This document shows positions 1 through 15,099 of a stretch of DNA of 64,000 nucleotides, piece after piece. Under the pieces are notes generated by a model. The model ran no database searches and was not told the origin of the DNA. It was given only the letters and a program-made list of their open reading frames with translations. Location of the stretch: positions 120,714,001-120,778,000 of the forward strand of contig OZ024743.1 in assembly GCA_964016885.1 (NCBI GenBank). Direction: 5' to 3'. The position numbers were made by a program, and so were the translations under genes. Source of the DNA: Eledone cirrhosa (taxonomy: Eukaryota). Numbering within the stretch: the stretch's first letter is position 1; each line of letters starts with the position of its first letter.

Positions 1-460
1 AATTAACCAGGATAACTAGGTGGGCTTGCAGCTCGGCGTCTGAAGAGACTGATCCATGCCCTCCAACATGGTCGGTGGCCACTGGACGGATGGACTGGTA
101 AAATTTCTCGGGGTCTGGTTGGTTCCAGACCTCCAAAGAGGCAAACGCTTGGATGTGCTAATGAGTAGGGTGGCCACCCTCACCCGGACATGGGCAGAAA
201 TGAAGCTATTCATGAAAGTTCGGCCGGAGTTGGCAAACGCGTACATCACATCCGTCTTCTACTATGTCTTGACCATCGTAACTTGTCCTCGTCAACGTCT
301 GGCTGCACTGGACCGTTGGTTCTTTCGCTTGTTGTGAAAGGGACGCGTACGCATGGTTAGGCGTTGCATTTTCTGTCAACACTCTCAGAGTGGAGGACTG
401 GGCATGCCGTGGCTGATGATGCGCAAATATGCGCTGAGACTACGACATCTCCAGATTTTA
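1..460 (+). mobile_element. Tx1/L1-clade LINE ORF2 fragment
   Basis: Diverged reverse complement of about 32440-32900 (MPSNMVGGHWTDGLVKFLGVW..., GGLGMPWLMMR). Confidence 0.85.
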
Positions 461-496
461 TTTGGTCACTAGACGTGTTTTTTTCACTGCTCGTTA

Positions 497-603
497 AGTT
501 TTCCTTTCATCCTTACGGGGTCGATAAAAAAAGCACCAGTAATGCACTGGGGTCTATTCACATTGCCGGCCTTGTGCCTAAAGTAGAAACAATTATTATT
601 ATT
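497..603 (+). mobile_element. 5'-truncated SINE (family A) with (ATT)n tail
   Basis: ctttcatccttacggggtcgataaaa...ggccttgtgcctaaagtagaaacaattattatt, shared with many copies in the window. Confidence 0.85.
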
Positions 604-3600
604 GTAGTTGTTTTCATCGCTCAGCTTCTAACGTTGGAGATGTAGTACAGTGTTAGCTGTTCACTACGAGTGAACTGAGGTAACACCCTTTATTTTTCGA
701 ATACACTCCAGAGTATTCGAGCTGTTCCAAGCAACGCTGGTTTTTGTAAGTGTTCCGTCCGTATTGTAATCCCTATTTGTTTAATGTACTTCTCGATCTT
801 TCCTCACTGTTCCCAAGACTCCAACTATAACTGGTATTACCACTACTCTTTCCGGTGACCACAACTTCTTAACCGCCCAAGCTAACCTGTCATATCTATA
901 AATGTTTTCCTTCTTTATCGCATACGTTGTTATCAGCTGAGCAGGCTATATCTATGATCCCACACGGTTTCCTTTCTTTCTCAATTAATACAGTATCTGG
1001 GCTCCTATGCTCAATCTAAAATAATATCACAAAGTCCCACATGATGATTGCATCATCATTTTCGATAATAACACCCTCAGGGTCCCACTTTCCCACTCAA
1101 TCATTCCTCTTTCTCCTCATTTTCATGGTATATATAATCTCTCTCTGTTGCTCTTTAGGTGAAATACCCCATATCTAGTACATATCTTTCTTGTGATTTG
1201 GTCTAAAGTCATTAGCTCTTCCACTGTCCACGTGATCACTTCTGCTCTATATCTAAGGGGTGACACCACCCATGTATTGATAGTTTCCATCTTATTCCGT
1301 CCATTCCGTTACTTCTTTTTAACCCTTTCTCTCAATGCCATACTTTTTTTTCATTGCTCTGTATTTGATTTCATTTCTAAGCTCCCATCTACTCTTTTCG
1401 GACTAAGCAAGAAATATCCTGCAAAGGGGTATCTATATTGGCCTGTATTGTCCTTTTCCACAATGGCTCTTTTTTTTAAGCCTCCCTTATAGTTTTTCTT
1501 TGCCTTGACATCTACACCCATATCTTCTGCTACAACAATGCTTGCTGACTTTATCAGGTAATTTTTTTGAGTGATGTTATTTATTTTGATGTATTTCAGA
1601 ACTTCATACACCTTATATATCTCTTGGTTCAGCTTGTATTGATAAACCTTCTTTAGGGTGCAAATGAGGTACAAATCTCATCCTGTAACCTTGCATTTAT
1701 TCTGTCGTACATTGTTTTTGTTAACTTATTACGTTTTCATCAATTTTATTGTCTTCCATACCATCTACATTTCTCTCACCTGACTGACCACCTCTACATT
1801 GTTACTGTGGGTTGCAAGAAATCTATTCACCCTTGTCCTCTGCTAGAGTTTTCCTTTCCTCAGTAAGACCTTCATCCTCACCATACTGTTTCCTGATACC
1901 CATCTTTTATAGCTTCAAATTCCACTTCTGTCAACCAGCGATCTTTTCTTATTGTTCTGGCTTGGTCTCATAACCTCTGCTCTGTGAGATGAAACAAGCC
2001 ATTTTTTTATGCATTCCTTGTCGGTATCCTTTGATAGGGATCCCATTTTCATGTATAGGATTGCTCAAGTAGTAACGTAACACTCCATGACCATATTTAC
2101 TTGTTTACTCCACTTCCATCATGATTGCTGGTCCATTGCTGAATAACTTTCCAACACCCTTCTTAGAATTCTTGCTGTTCCCAGCAAGGCTGTTTTTTGC
2201 AACAATCCTGACCTGGTGACAATTCCTAGCTTCTCAAGTCATGCGTCCAATCTTCTTCTAACAACTCCCAGTGCGCCAACCAGAATCGGTACCACTTCTA
2301 CGTGTATGGTATTCTCCATATTTTCCTGATTTTTCTCTTCCGTTTCTAGTATTTCTCAACCTTCTCACTTTCTTTCTCATTCACTCTGTGGTCCCACGTG
2401 GAAGCAATATCCACAACCCATGCCTTGTTATTCTTCTTTTCAGACTTTCTAGCCATGTAAAATGGTCGTACCGGATGGTCATGTCCCACAAGATCTTATA
2501 CTGTTCATTTTCAGCCACCCTTTCCAGTTGGTGTTCATAACATTTCTCACTTCTGCTCATGTCATACTTATGACAGAGTTTCCAATGAACCAACCTGACA
2601 ATGCTGTCCTGCCTTCTCTTGGACTCTTTCTCAGCAAGCATCTTACATTCACTAATAATGTGGTTTATTGGCTCACCTTTCTCACCACACAGCCCACCAA
2701 GTGGGGAATTTACTGACTTGTCAATATTGAACTTGATATAGTTTGTTCTCAGTGCCTGTTCCTGGGCTGCGAAAATATGGGCCTCAGTTTCAACTTTTAA
2801 GGCACTTTTCCTAATCCATTCCCAGTTCCTACCTATGTCAGCTGCCTCAGTCATTTCACGTACGAATTGACTATACATATTTTTTCTTCCATCTATTCAA
2901 GGTGTCATTCAGTCTGTCTTGTTTAAATTTTCCATTAGGACCTTTATCTTTCTTACTCCTGCCATTAATTTCTCTTTTGAATTCTTTACATACCATGCCA
3001 GATTATCTTCCTCCGATTTCACACACATTTCACAGCTAATGGGACCTCTTCCTCCTTTCTGTCGTGATAGATACAACCTGTTCACGTCACCTTTGGGGTA
3101 TAGCCCCTTGTAGTGTCATCATTTTCCTGGTTTTTCTATCAAGCTCCTTAAGTTCATCACATCGCCACTCTATCACACGAGCGCTATACATTAGCATTGT
3201 AACAGTCCATGTGTTGATAGACATATTATTATTATTATTATTATCATACTCATTTGCACAGTGATGATCTTATTAACACTAGATCATTTAATGTACTCCC
3301 TATCAAGTTATGTATGATAGACAGTGCTTTCCACAATGTATTGGCTGTTCCCAAACATATTGCTTTCTGCAATGCCGCAAAGCTGGGCTGATTCAAATTC
3401 TATCAAGGTTTTCTGTCACCGACCCAAGTGCTCCAATCACAATTGACTATACATACTTTCTCTTCCATCTTTTCAATGCGTCATTCTGTCTGCCTTGTTT
3501 AAATTTGCTTTCATATTCCACATTCTCTTGATATCTGTTCTCAAGTCTGCATATTTTCTCGTTGTCTTTACCATTGATGTAATTATCTCCTGGACAAGCT

Positions 3601-4980
3601 ACATCGACCAACAAATATTTTCTTTCAGTATCTTTCTCCTCCAAAATTATGTCCGGCCTTATATTTCCAAGAACTTTGTCTGTATTGTAAAGTTCCAAGA
3701 GAGTTTCACAGTTTGATGTTCCAGGGTCTATCTGGTTTGTGCTGATAATGCTTCTCGGTGGTTGCAAACCCATATTCAAATTCATTTTGTAATCTCATAC
3801 TTTCCTTTGAGCTCATTTTCTCAGCTAGCAGCCACTCTTTGTAATTCCGTTTACTTTCAATGGTCTCATTACATAGGGCAAAATACCTTTAATACCAACA
3901 AACCATTACTTTTGACAACATACCTTAAAAGTTCTTCTTTACTACTACCCAAATACGTGTCTGATGACTTGCATTCGATAGTCACGCAAATATTCACGCT
4001 TACAAGACCTCGACCTCCTACATTCAGCGATGTACATAACCTGAGGTCATTTACCGTTAGGCACAAAGCACCATTGTCATTTTCTTAACTTGCTCTTGAA
4101 CGTATCCTCTTGAAATTCTTTCTTATCTCTGTTTCGGTTCATTAGATAATAACTTATGCCCAACTTCCTTCATCCATCTTGCATCTTTGTTATGCTCTGT
4201 TGCATTTCCCCATAGATTTAACCAAAATTATGCGAATTCTTCAGCATTAGCTGCAACATCTGCACCATTTTCCCATGATAGGGTTCTATAAAATATTTTT
4301 AAATTTGTAGACCATAAACTGTTCTGTTCATATTGTTTTTGTCCATTTGAATAGCGCATAATCTGATAAGACATTGTCTTAATGTGCTACCTCCCTTCTT
4401 CCATCACTGCAGTCTTTTAACTTCATTTTGTACCTCATGTTCATGTGTAGTTTCTCCTCTACTTTGGCCCTCTTCCATTTTCTCATTGTAACTAGATCTT
4501 TTCTGAGCTGAGTTATATTTCCTTACAATCTGATCTTCCATGGAGATCCTTACATTTCTTCTCTTCAGTTTAGTTAATACCCTCACCCATCAGAAATCCT
4601 GCAGCGCCCATTGACAACTAATTTCTATATAAATAATATAAATCACTGCATGGTTTACTTTGATTATTTCACTTGCTAAATGACTTCTCTCTATATTCCG
4701 AAGTTACAGCAGTGTCTTATTGAATCTAGGACCATTACAAATAATCTCACTATCTTTTGATTATCAATCTTGTTTCTTCCTCTTTATATTCATTGTTATT
4801 CATACTTTCAAATTCATATCATCTGTCAACTGATTTTTCACTCCCTCCGCATTTAATGGTTCATCATTTTCTGCAGTTTGGTAGGCTAATTCTTCCTAAG
4901 TTGATTCATTTTCATTAGGATTTTTATGTTTCCCACTTTCCATATTTCAACCTTGGTAAACCAATTACTTCACCTAATTT
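604..4980 (-). mobile_element. Stack of degraded R4/Dong-like (RLE) non-LTR retrotransposon fragments
   Basis: Minus-strand peptides LKVETEAHIFAAQEQALRTNY, IVRLVHWKLC, KILWDMTI, RPDIILEEK..LLVDVACP and LQKPALLGTARIL; many stops and frameshifts; pieces bordered by (ATT)n. Confidence 0.85.
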
Positions 4981-4988
4981 TCCTTTGT

Positions 4989-5260
4989 GGCAAAGTTAAC
5001 CTCGGCGGGATTTGAACACACAATGGCAAGGGCCGTAACTCTATGCGTCAAAGCATGGCGTCGGTAGAGGGTCGGACGCCATGTTTGAGGCATAGAGTTA
5101 CGGCCCTTGCCATTCTAAGTTCAAATCCCGCCGAGGTTAACTTTGCCTTTCATCCTTACGGGATCGATAGAATAAAGTACCAGTCACGCACTGGGGTCGA
5201 TTTAATCGATTTTCCCCTCCCCCAAAATTGCTGGCCTTGTACCTATATAAGAAACCATAA
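4989..5260 (+). mobile_element. SINE family A copy with inverted duplication of its 5' part
   Basis: 4989-5062 is the reverse complement of 5075-5147; B-box-like gttcaaatccc; (AAT)n follows. Confidence 0.85.
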
Positions 5261-5291
5261 TAATAATAATAATAATACTATTACTACTACT

Positions 5292-5493
5292 AATAATAAT
5301 AATTGTTTCTACTGTTGGCACAAGGCCAGCAATTATCCAGTGCATTACTGGTATTTTATTTTATCGACACCGTAAGGATGAAAGGCGAGGTTAACTTTGC
5401 CTTTCATCCTTTCGGGGTCGATAAAATAAAGTACCAGTAATGCACTGGTTAATTGCTGGCCTTGTGCCTAAAGTAGAAACAATTATTATTATT
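5292..5493. mobile_element. Head-to-head pair of SINE family A 3' halves (fold-back)
   Basis: About 5292-5386 is the reverse complement of about 5399-5493, with a 12-nt spacer. Confidence 0.85.
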
Positions 5494-6318
5494 ATTATTG
5501 TTGTTGTTGTAGTTTTTGTTGTAATTAAGCACATCAAATTATGCAAACTATTACTACACCAACATGTATATCTTCGAGTTTCTGAATTGTGGGCTGGGTC
5601 ATGATTTATTTTTGTGAGCAAAAGGTTTGTGCTTCTGTATGTTTTCCGAGATTGTTTAGCTGAATGCTCCTATTAGTTCCATGTTGTATATAGTCTATTT
5701 TTTTTACTACAAAGTGTTTCCATAAGCGGTTAATGTATAATTCCCCAGTTATCTAGAAATAAATTTATCAAGCTCGCAGAGGGAAACGAGCAAAGTCGTT
5801 TTGTATAAGAAATCACCCTAAATAAAATGTTTCTCTACTCCGTACGTACGAATGACCTCATTATCTTCTTTTCACTTTGAAATGTGTCTACTGTTTTCCT
5901 ATTTGACATGTTATAATTGATATACTGCTTTAATATAGGGTTTGCTGTCATGGAATATGAATAAAGAGGAAGAAATATGTCTCAATGTATGCATCACCCA
6001 TTTAAATGCACAATAGCAAGTAAATGCATTCGTCTTCTGAAAGAAGTCAGTTATATTACCAAATTATTCTGGTTATAATAATCGGATTCATTTAGTTGAG
6101 AGTTTGGCACCACTCATATAAAATGCCTTTAATATACTGGTTGAAAGGAAACTGTTTATATCATATTACACTTAGCTTCAATTAAGAAGGCTTGATGTGA
6201 AGGAATTGACTATTTTTCTAGTTCTATTTGTATATATGTACTGGCTGTATATCTTAATATGTCTACGTTCGAGCAATAATTTAAGTACTCTGTATGCATA
6301 TGCATGCAAACATAGGAG

Positions 6319-6350
<32 letters not shown>

Positions 6351-6459
6351 TATATATATATATATATGCACATATATATATATGCATATATATATATATA
6401 TATATATATATGTGCATATATATATATATGTGCATATATATATATATATATATATGTGC

Positions 6460-6491
<32 letters not shown>
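6319..6491. repeat. Compound (TA)n/(TG)n microsatellite
   Basis: Direct reading. Confidence 0.95.
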
Positions 6492-6573
6492 AAGAAATAT
6501 GTAAGATCCCAGAGGAGTAGACACAGTTATTCGCTTCAATACAACACACGTAAACGGGTAACTTCAATCTATA

Positions 6574-6670
6574 CCAGTACTCGAGTTTCGGCCACACCTA
6601 ATGCAGCAATAGAATGCACAGCATTCACTGCCTGCTTTTATTATGTAACAATGCACAACCGGCGCATCTG
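6574..6670 (-). ncRNA. Degenerate hammerhead ribozyme relic between microsatellites
   Basis: Minus strand ...ggcc GAA ACTCGAGT A ctgg, with palindromic stem III and GUA site. The CUGANGA core is degraded (cagatgc). Confidence 0.4.
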
Positions 6671-6847
6671 CGAGAAAAACCACAACCCTCCATCTCAATT
6701 CTACTTCTGAAAAGCTTAAGAACTGTGAAATCGGTAAAGGAAACAAATAATTCTTAAAAAGGGTCCAGTTGCATTTTCGATTTCTTTTCCTTATACTTTC
6801 ACTCGTGTGGGACATCTCGTTTTTTTTTTATTATAAAAAATCATTTT

Positions 6848-6897
<50 letters not shown>

Positions 6898-7614
6898 AGC
6901 ATATATATATATATGTGTGTTATGGGTGTAGTGTGTGTGTGTGTGTGTGTGTGTGTGTATTTATGTTTTGTGTGCCAGAAACGAATGTTTTTGCTCATTA
7001 GAATCGAAAAGAAAACATAAATTTCAGCGGATTACAATTCAGGAATAAAAAAAAGTATTCTGCCTTGTATTTAAATGTCGGCATATACAGAAAGCATACC
7101 TCAAAATATATTTTTTTTACCATTCAGTCACCTCACTATATAGAAACACAACGTGTTCCTACTATTGAAATATTTCATATTAAATAATTTCTCTTCTTAA
7201 ACATGTCTTTCTACTCAGCATTCAAAAGAAATAGTGTAATGTTAATTGAGTTGCTCATTAAATGACAATTGGAAAAACAATGTATAGAAAAATCTAGCAG
7301 CTGGGAATAAATTTAATTTTAGATACTTCTCACATGTCTTTAACAGCTGCATCCCAATGATTACTGAGGCTAGAAGTAATGCAATTCAGAAGGCTCTGGT
7401 GAAATGACTTTAAAGATTTCTATAGAATACGATAACAAAGAAACAATAAATGAATTAAAAGGGAATTGTTTCAGTGGCATGAATAGAAAACGAATTAGCT
7501 TGAGGGTACAGGGACACCGAATTGAAAATATGAAGTCAATATATCCAATATCAAGTTTATAAAATATCAGAAAGTGACAGTAAGAATAGAGCTTCAGTAA
7601 TAAAATATTTATTC

Positions 7615-7916
<302 letters not shown>

Positions 7917-9135
7917 GTCTATAGAACAGAAAACACGGGCGCAGATTTGAGAAAATGGAGAATAATTTCAGAGTTGCGTAATTTTTAAAATGAATATTTA
8001 AAGGAACATCACCATTATCATTTGGCAATTCAGTATCAAATAAATCTGCAATGATGTTACACGCAATAGTCAATTATGTTTAGGTTTAACAGTTTTTGTT
8101 TTCTGGCTTTGGAACAAGGCCAAATATTTAAACGGTGAGGCAGGAAGACAGCGTGCCATTCATGCTTTTCATCAAGTGCCTGTAGCAACGTAAATGAACA
8201 GGTTACTGCTGGATAAATAAAGTTAATTTCGTATTAAGCTCACTAAATGTTTATATCTTTTCTATCTAAATATAAACAAACACATGAAACACCAAGAAAA
8301 CGTAATTTGAGCAATATCTACAATATTGGAAGTAACTAATTATGTCATACAATACTGCAACTGAAAAATACTTAAAATATACACAACTGAAAGAGGCTAA
8401 TATACAAGTGGCAAAATCTTTTTCTTGATTTTGAAACTGATGCCTAGCAGTTTATTACTCAAGTCTGAAAGATACGTAATCGAATTGTATAGAAATAGTT
8501 TTATATATAAATACAAAAATAGATTATGTAAACAAAACTCATGATGGCGGATGATTTTTAGAATAATTTGCAGTCTAAAGAATGTCAATAACCGGATTGT
8601 ATCAAATATGAATGACAAACTATCATATTTAAAATGAAAACTGCGTGCATCATGTCCGCAGGGAAAGCAATTCATGAAAATGCATTATTCCGTATAAGGA
8701 AGAGGATATGACGAATCGTTATCTAATCTATGAATGTTGACCAAGAAACGAAATATTTACCGAATACAATCCCATATTCAATATAACATACCTCAATAAT
8801 TGTGCGTTATTCATGTGCAAATATATTCATGCAATGAAAATATTAAAATATTTTTGATATTATTACAAGCTTTGCTAACAACAATGTATGCATAATTATT
8901 ACACGTGTCAATAATCATTTACGCACATCTTCAACATTTATTTGTAATAGTAATCGGGAACTAATCATTTCTGAGAGTAAATTCTTTCATGTGCTACTAC
9001 GCTGAATGAACACCTAAGGGGATTAGTCTTCTCACTTATTCTAAACTGGACGGAAAATATACGTTATATAAAGGTATACAATATAAATGAATAGCGTCAC
9101 CTCCTCGTCACCGCCTCACAGTTTGCTTCATCTTG

Positions 9136-9624
<489 letters not shown>

Positions 9625-9678
9625 TAGCGATGAATTTGTTTTGCAAGGTTTTTGATATGAAATCGTGTATCGAAACTA

Positions 9679-10064
9679 ATATTGTTATACTTGGGGAGGC
9701 TCATATTGTTGTAATAATATTGCCAGAAATAATAACGGAACACACTCACTGATTGGTTGGTTTTCGCGTACTACTATGTTTCCTCCTGTTGGCGTAGACA
9801 TACAATACAACAGGAGGAAACATAATAGTACCACTGATGATGTTGCAGATGTGCAACAAAAGAACTTTGTTAAACTGTATACATGTATTTATATCTGTAT
9901 CGTTGACCGTTGGACAGTCAATGATAAACATTAATGGCCAAATAAATTAACTATGGAGATATAAATGATACAGAAGCGAAAACCAGCCAAACAGTGAGTG
10001 TGTTCCGTTATTATTTCTGGCAATATTATTACAACAATATGACCCTCTCCAAGTATAACAATAT
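9679..10064. mobile_element. Fold-back element next to (TA)n with internal hammerhead-like relic
   Basis: 89-bp inverted arms 9679-9767 and 9976-10064 (4 mismatches by eye). Internal hairpin at about 9773-9829. CTGATGA-t-gttgca-gatg-tgcaac-AAAA at 9834-9861. Confidence 0.75.
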
Positions 10065-10399
10065 ATATTGATAGATAGATAGATATTGTTTGTGTGTATT
10101 AGTGTGTGTGTAAAGTTTACTTTCCTGGATCACAGTATCGTTCATCTATCATGCAACGAGCACCTGCTTTTTGAAGTTCGTGAGACAGAAATTAATATAC
10201 TTTGTGAATTAAGGAATTCCCGTCCAATAACATTTAACATTTTCGTTAACTTTGACCTTTATGGTAGGCCTCCAAAATATATCTATTACTTGTTTTACGG
10301 CATAATAACAAAAGAAAGAAAATCGAAAAAAATGTCTATTGGTTACTTCAGCGCCAATGCCCTGTATCCCTTCAGAGAAAAGATATAAGCTAGATATAT

Positions 10400-12150
10400 A
10401 GCCAACAATATATAGCCAACAATGACAAATACGTATATAAAAAAATATAACAATAGGCTAACATCAAGTGCAGATTATGCAGTCAGTGCAATTATATAAT
10501 TGCGTACTCAGCATTAAAAAATGCGAATAAATCTATAGACACGACAAAGTCGTCAGCTATATCCATTAGGCAATATGCCAACGTATCATCAGGAAAATAG
10601 ATGCATGGTATTAACATGTAGCTGGCATGGTATATGACACGACCTGGCTATAATCATCTGGGATATGTCTGTCCTGACTGACAAGATGAAGATAACAGAA
10701 AGCATCACAGAATCACTTATTCTGATGCAATCACAACAGATCAACAAGAAAACATCAAACAATCAATGAATAATGACCAGCGTAAACAATTTCTCTCTAT
10801 GAACGAATAAACAGTTCCACAAAAGAATGTAAAATATAATAAAGCTTCGTAAGTAATTCTGTTCACGACAACAAACTGTCCGAATATCGACAGACTGAAT
10901 GATCTGATCTATTTACTAGCAGTGGCATTATCGACAGACACTAGGTTTGATCCTTTTAGAAACAGACCCTTAGCTAAACTATACCAGCATTCACTGAAGT
11001 AATACTCAAACCATATTAATTCATCGAGATAAAATCACCGAAGTGCCATAAAATTACAGGCTTTCCAACGATATATAAAACACTCACATCTATATTATAA
11101 AACAACTTGGTTAAACATCTGAAGTATGATATTATTTCAGGGAAACGGAAAGAAATATATGACTGTAAATAACAGTAACTGCGAAGCCGAATAATTATAG
11201 AAAGGAAAAACACTTCAGTATGGCCTGAATCGACTACCGAAAGGCGTTCGATAACATTACTCACTCCTGGGTACTGGAGGCATTCTATATAAATATAACA
11301 ATGCTAATAATAACTAAATATGTCACCCATGACGTGACAAATTGGGAAACAATAATACGCATACAACGCAAAGAACAGAACGATGCCCACAGGAAAATAT
11401 GATTCGGTCAAGCTATAAACCATCTCCTCTATATGGGTAACACCTAAATATTGTTCAGGAAATCAACCAAGATATAAAAATGAATATAGGATTAGAATAA
11501 AGCTGGGAAGGTGATAATCTAAGTAAGAGGCAAATTAAATCATGCTGAATTAGAGATAGTCATTGATATCAAGGAATTAGACGATAGGAGCCCTTAAAAG
11601 TACGAGATAGGGGAATGAAAGAACAATTAGGACAGTGCGCTAAAAAGGCAAGTCAAATATTACAGACTGTAATACATGGAATTGATATGCGATTCTGATA
11701 AGAAAATTGCGCCAAGGCAATCTTGAAAACAGGAAAATTAATTAAGAACACTAAGATCATGTTAGATAATGAAAGATTGATAAGAGAACTAAACAAAACA
11801 AATACCTACCAATAATCAAATAGATAAACAACATAAACAATCAGAAGAAACGTTTAGGAATATTATAGGAACATAAATCGAGTACTTGAAACACAAAGAA
11901 TTGCAAACAACAATGTTATAATCATTATTACCTGAAATATCGGAGTAATAAACTTTACTTGTAATAGTTTAATCGTGATACTAAATGAACTAACAAAGCT
12001 GACCACAAAACAAGACAAAGAAATAAAATAATCCATCAACGAAAGTATGATTAAAATATATTTACCACCAATACAGGTTTATAAAAACCTTACATCACTA
12101 GAACGTTTATCAACGAAGATATTTATGAAAGCATAATGGAAAATCAATAC
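10400..12150 (+). mobile_element. Highly degraded R4/Dong-like RT remnant
   Basis: aaccatctcctctatatggg (NHLLYM, cf. NHLFYMDD) near 11418 and aattgcgccaaggcaatc (NCAKAI) near 11706; no intact ORF. Confidence 0.55.
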
Positions 12151-12182
12151 AAAGAGCTAGAAAAAGTGCTGGACTTTAGTCG

Positions 12183-12481
12183 GTTACGGTGACGTGTGCT
12201 CCTATTGTTTGATCAACGGTACAACCTGCTCATGAGATTAAACTGCAAGTGCCTGGGAATTCCACAAACATAAGCAATCCTTAATGAAATCCAGCGCGAT
12301 ACACTATGTGACATGTCTGACCACTTGAATCAGAGGTACGACTCATTTTTGCTTGTTGAATAGACTGGAGCAACGTGAAATAAAGCCTATCGCTGAATGA
12401 CACAATGCGCCGCCACGAATCGAACTCATTACCTCACGAAGCTCAGCCGAACAGCCTAGCCCCTAAGCTACGTGCCTTCAC
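12183..12481 (-). mobile_element. tRNA-derived SINE (family B)
   Basis: Minus strand starts gtgaaggcacgtagcttagggg (A-box-like), then gagttcgattcg (B-box-like), then a central ...tttatttcacgttgctccagtc segment. Confidence 0.7.
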
Positions 12482-14212
12482 AGATAGAGAATGCGAATAG
12501 AACAAAACACGTTTATTTTGTTTTTGTTTTCAATGAAATATATAAAACAAGCTGATATGAAAACAAGGAGAAAGGAGACACGGAAACTGTAAACCAAAAT
12601 AGGGCTACAGAATATCTCGATTAGTTAAAACGATGATAACAAAAGTACAATAATTTCCAAAACCTTAAAATATGTTGTAGAAAGTGAACATATAAAGAAA
12701 ATTGAAAGATTAGTTGAAAAGCGTAGGACTCAGATTTATAATCGAAAGATTTTGATTCTGCTGCATGATTGATTACTTATCATTAGAAAATATAAAAACA
12801 TATCTATAAAATATCAAGACCATGTAATGAATCAGAACACACCGATCAACTGCTGAAGATGTCGTCTATAATCGCTTATTTCACAAAAAAAAAAAAAGGT
12901 TTCCAAAGCCGTACATTCCTTTCTGCTCCTCTGGCAATATAGCATTGTCGTGCATATGCGTAACAAGGCTCTTGTATATTATGGATTTAAGGACTTTATC
13001 GTTTGTTAGTAAGCTTGATAAAGACACTTCATTTGATGGATTACTAATATTTTTGTTTCAGGGGAATTCATATTGTCTTCCCCTTCAGCAGCGAATCAAG
13101 AATTGATTTTGGTTTGCTTATCGTTCAATTACATTCTACTGCTATATACCTATGGGAATCCCAACCACGATTTGGGAATCTTATCAATCCTAGATGCCTT
13201 CAAAATACTATCATTTCTCAATGCTTTTCTAAGTTCCTAACAAGCGGTGTTACGTTTCTTTTTCTGTCCTCTCCTAACCCTTTATGCATTTTCATTGTGT
13301 TGGTTGTCTTTTTTTCACATGTTCTCCTACTTTGCTTGAATTTCTATTGGTTTTGGTATTTATTGATTTAAAAAAAATTAAATAGTTTATTTTCCTGGAA
13401 GAAGCGTTCGTGTTTTTAAAGCGTCCTATTCTGCATGTTTTTTCTACATTCAGAACTGTTTTTTTAATTGATATTCTACGTATTTTTCTTGGCGTCCTCT
13501 TTTTCTTTTTCGTGTTGTATTAATCATTTTCTAATTCGTTAAGTAAAGATATGTCTTCCCTTCTTTCTTATCATTTTTAAATATGATAAGACTTGTTGTT
13601 TTGATTTTAGGAGTGGGGCTTGGCTGAGGTTCAAGGCCGATTTCCATTGATAATGCAACTGCTATTTTATATTTTAGATCATACAGTTCGTCAATATTCA
13701 GACTAAAGAGTTTCTTTCAAGCTCTTAGTATATTTATTTATTCCTTCGTAAAATTGTTTATTTATATATTGACTGAGAAGGTGTTTTCCTGTGCTTCATT
13801 TTACTAATTGTTCCAGTTTCACCCTCCCCAACGTTGTCTCTGGTAGCTCTCTTCTAATTCCTGTTTATAATAAGTTTATTGGTTATGAAGTCGAAGTTAT
13901 ACATTTGTTGCAGCAGTATATTTAGCTGAGTGTTTCTATAGTGGTTTTATAGCTATTATATTTTTTTAGTTTTTTTAGTTGTTATTATTTTTTTGAGTGT
14001 GCTTTGATTTGCTGCAATGCCTTGTTTGTTTCTGACGTGGCGGTTTCAGTAGTATTTCAGTAGTATTTACATTTTAGTTTCAATTCTCAATAATTGTAGG
14101 TCTGAATGTTCTTTTTATATAGTTATTTTTCTTTAGTGGACTCTTGTGTGTTTTGTATGCGCTAGATTATATTAATATATTATCATTTGATTGCCATTAT
14201 TAAGAGATAGGG

Positions 14213-14420
14213 TGGTGGATTGGCAGTATCGGTAGAGGGTCGGACGCCATGCTTTGAAGCATAGAGTTACGTCTCTTTACGGTCTGATTTGAAATCCTGC
14301 CGAGGTTAACTTTGCCTTTCATCGGGGTCGATAAAATAAAGCACCAGTAACGTACTGGGGTTGATTTAATTGACTTTCCCCTTCCGCCCAAATTACTGGC
14401 CTTGTGCCTATACTAGAAAT
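14213..14420 (+). mobile_element. Full-length SINE family A with 18-bp target-site duplication
   Basis: cattattaagagataggg at 14195-14212 and 14421-14438; head tggattggcagtatcggtagag; tail ggccttgtgcctatactagaaat. Confidence 0.92.
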
Positions 14421-15099
14421 CATTATTAAGAGATAGGGACACCTATTGGCGTTTACATGGTGGTAATTGAATCCCTTGCATGGAAGCTGGTCGGTCATGG
14501 AAAATTTCAAATAAAATTAAAGGTGCTGGAATCACGTCCGTCAGCAAAACTATACCACTAGTCCACCATCCCAAACTGGTATTTTATTAATCGCCTTCAA
14601 AAAGATGAAAAGCAATGGTGATCTCCGATCACCTGAGGATTTGAAGAAAGAAAGCAAACATCCGGAATAAATACGCTCTATGGCATCTGCCAATTTACTT
14701 GTTTGAAAAGGGTCTTTCTTTTTCACGTATAACAAAATGCGTCATTTTATTTTTAATACGTATTTCGTCCGTAAATTTGTCTACTTCAATTTATGTAATG
14801 TTCTTATTATTTACTAGTATATTTGCTATAATATTATGTCCTTTTCCATCTCCCATAACACGTGCGTGTTTGTGGGTATAATACTGCAATGTAGTATATA
14901 TGCATTGCTCTATTATAGTTTCAGTGGTGTAGCGTTTCATTTTCCTTTTCTTGTTATTTGTACGTTGAATGTAGATGCTGACACTTTCTGTTTTGGGTTA
15001 ATCTTTTGAGAGAACACATCTTGAAGATTAGGAGTTGGAAGAATATAGTTTTATTTGTCATCTGTTTATCTCTGGATTTTCATGCTTGTCCATATAAGA

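Noticed and set aside
14213-14330. tRNA gene
   Set aside because: A/B-box-like motifs belong to a multicopy SINE head; no complete cloverleaf.
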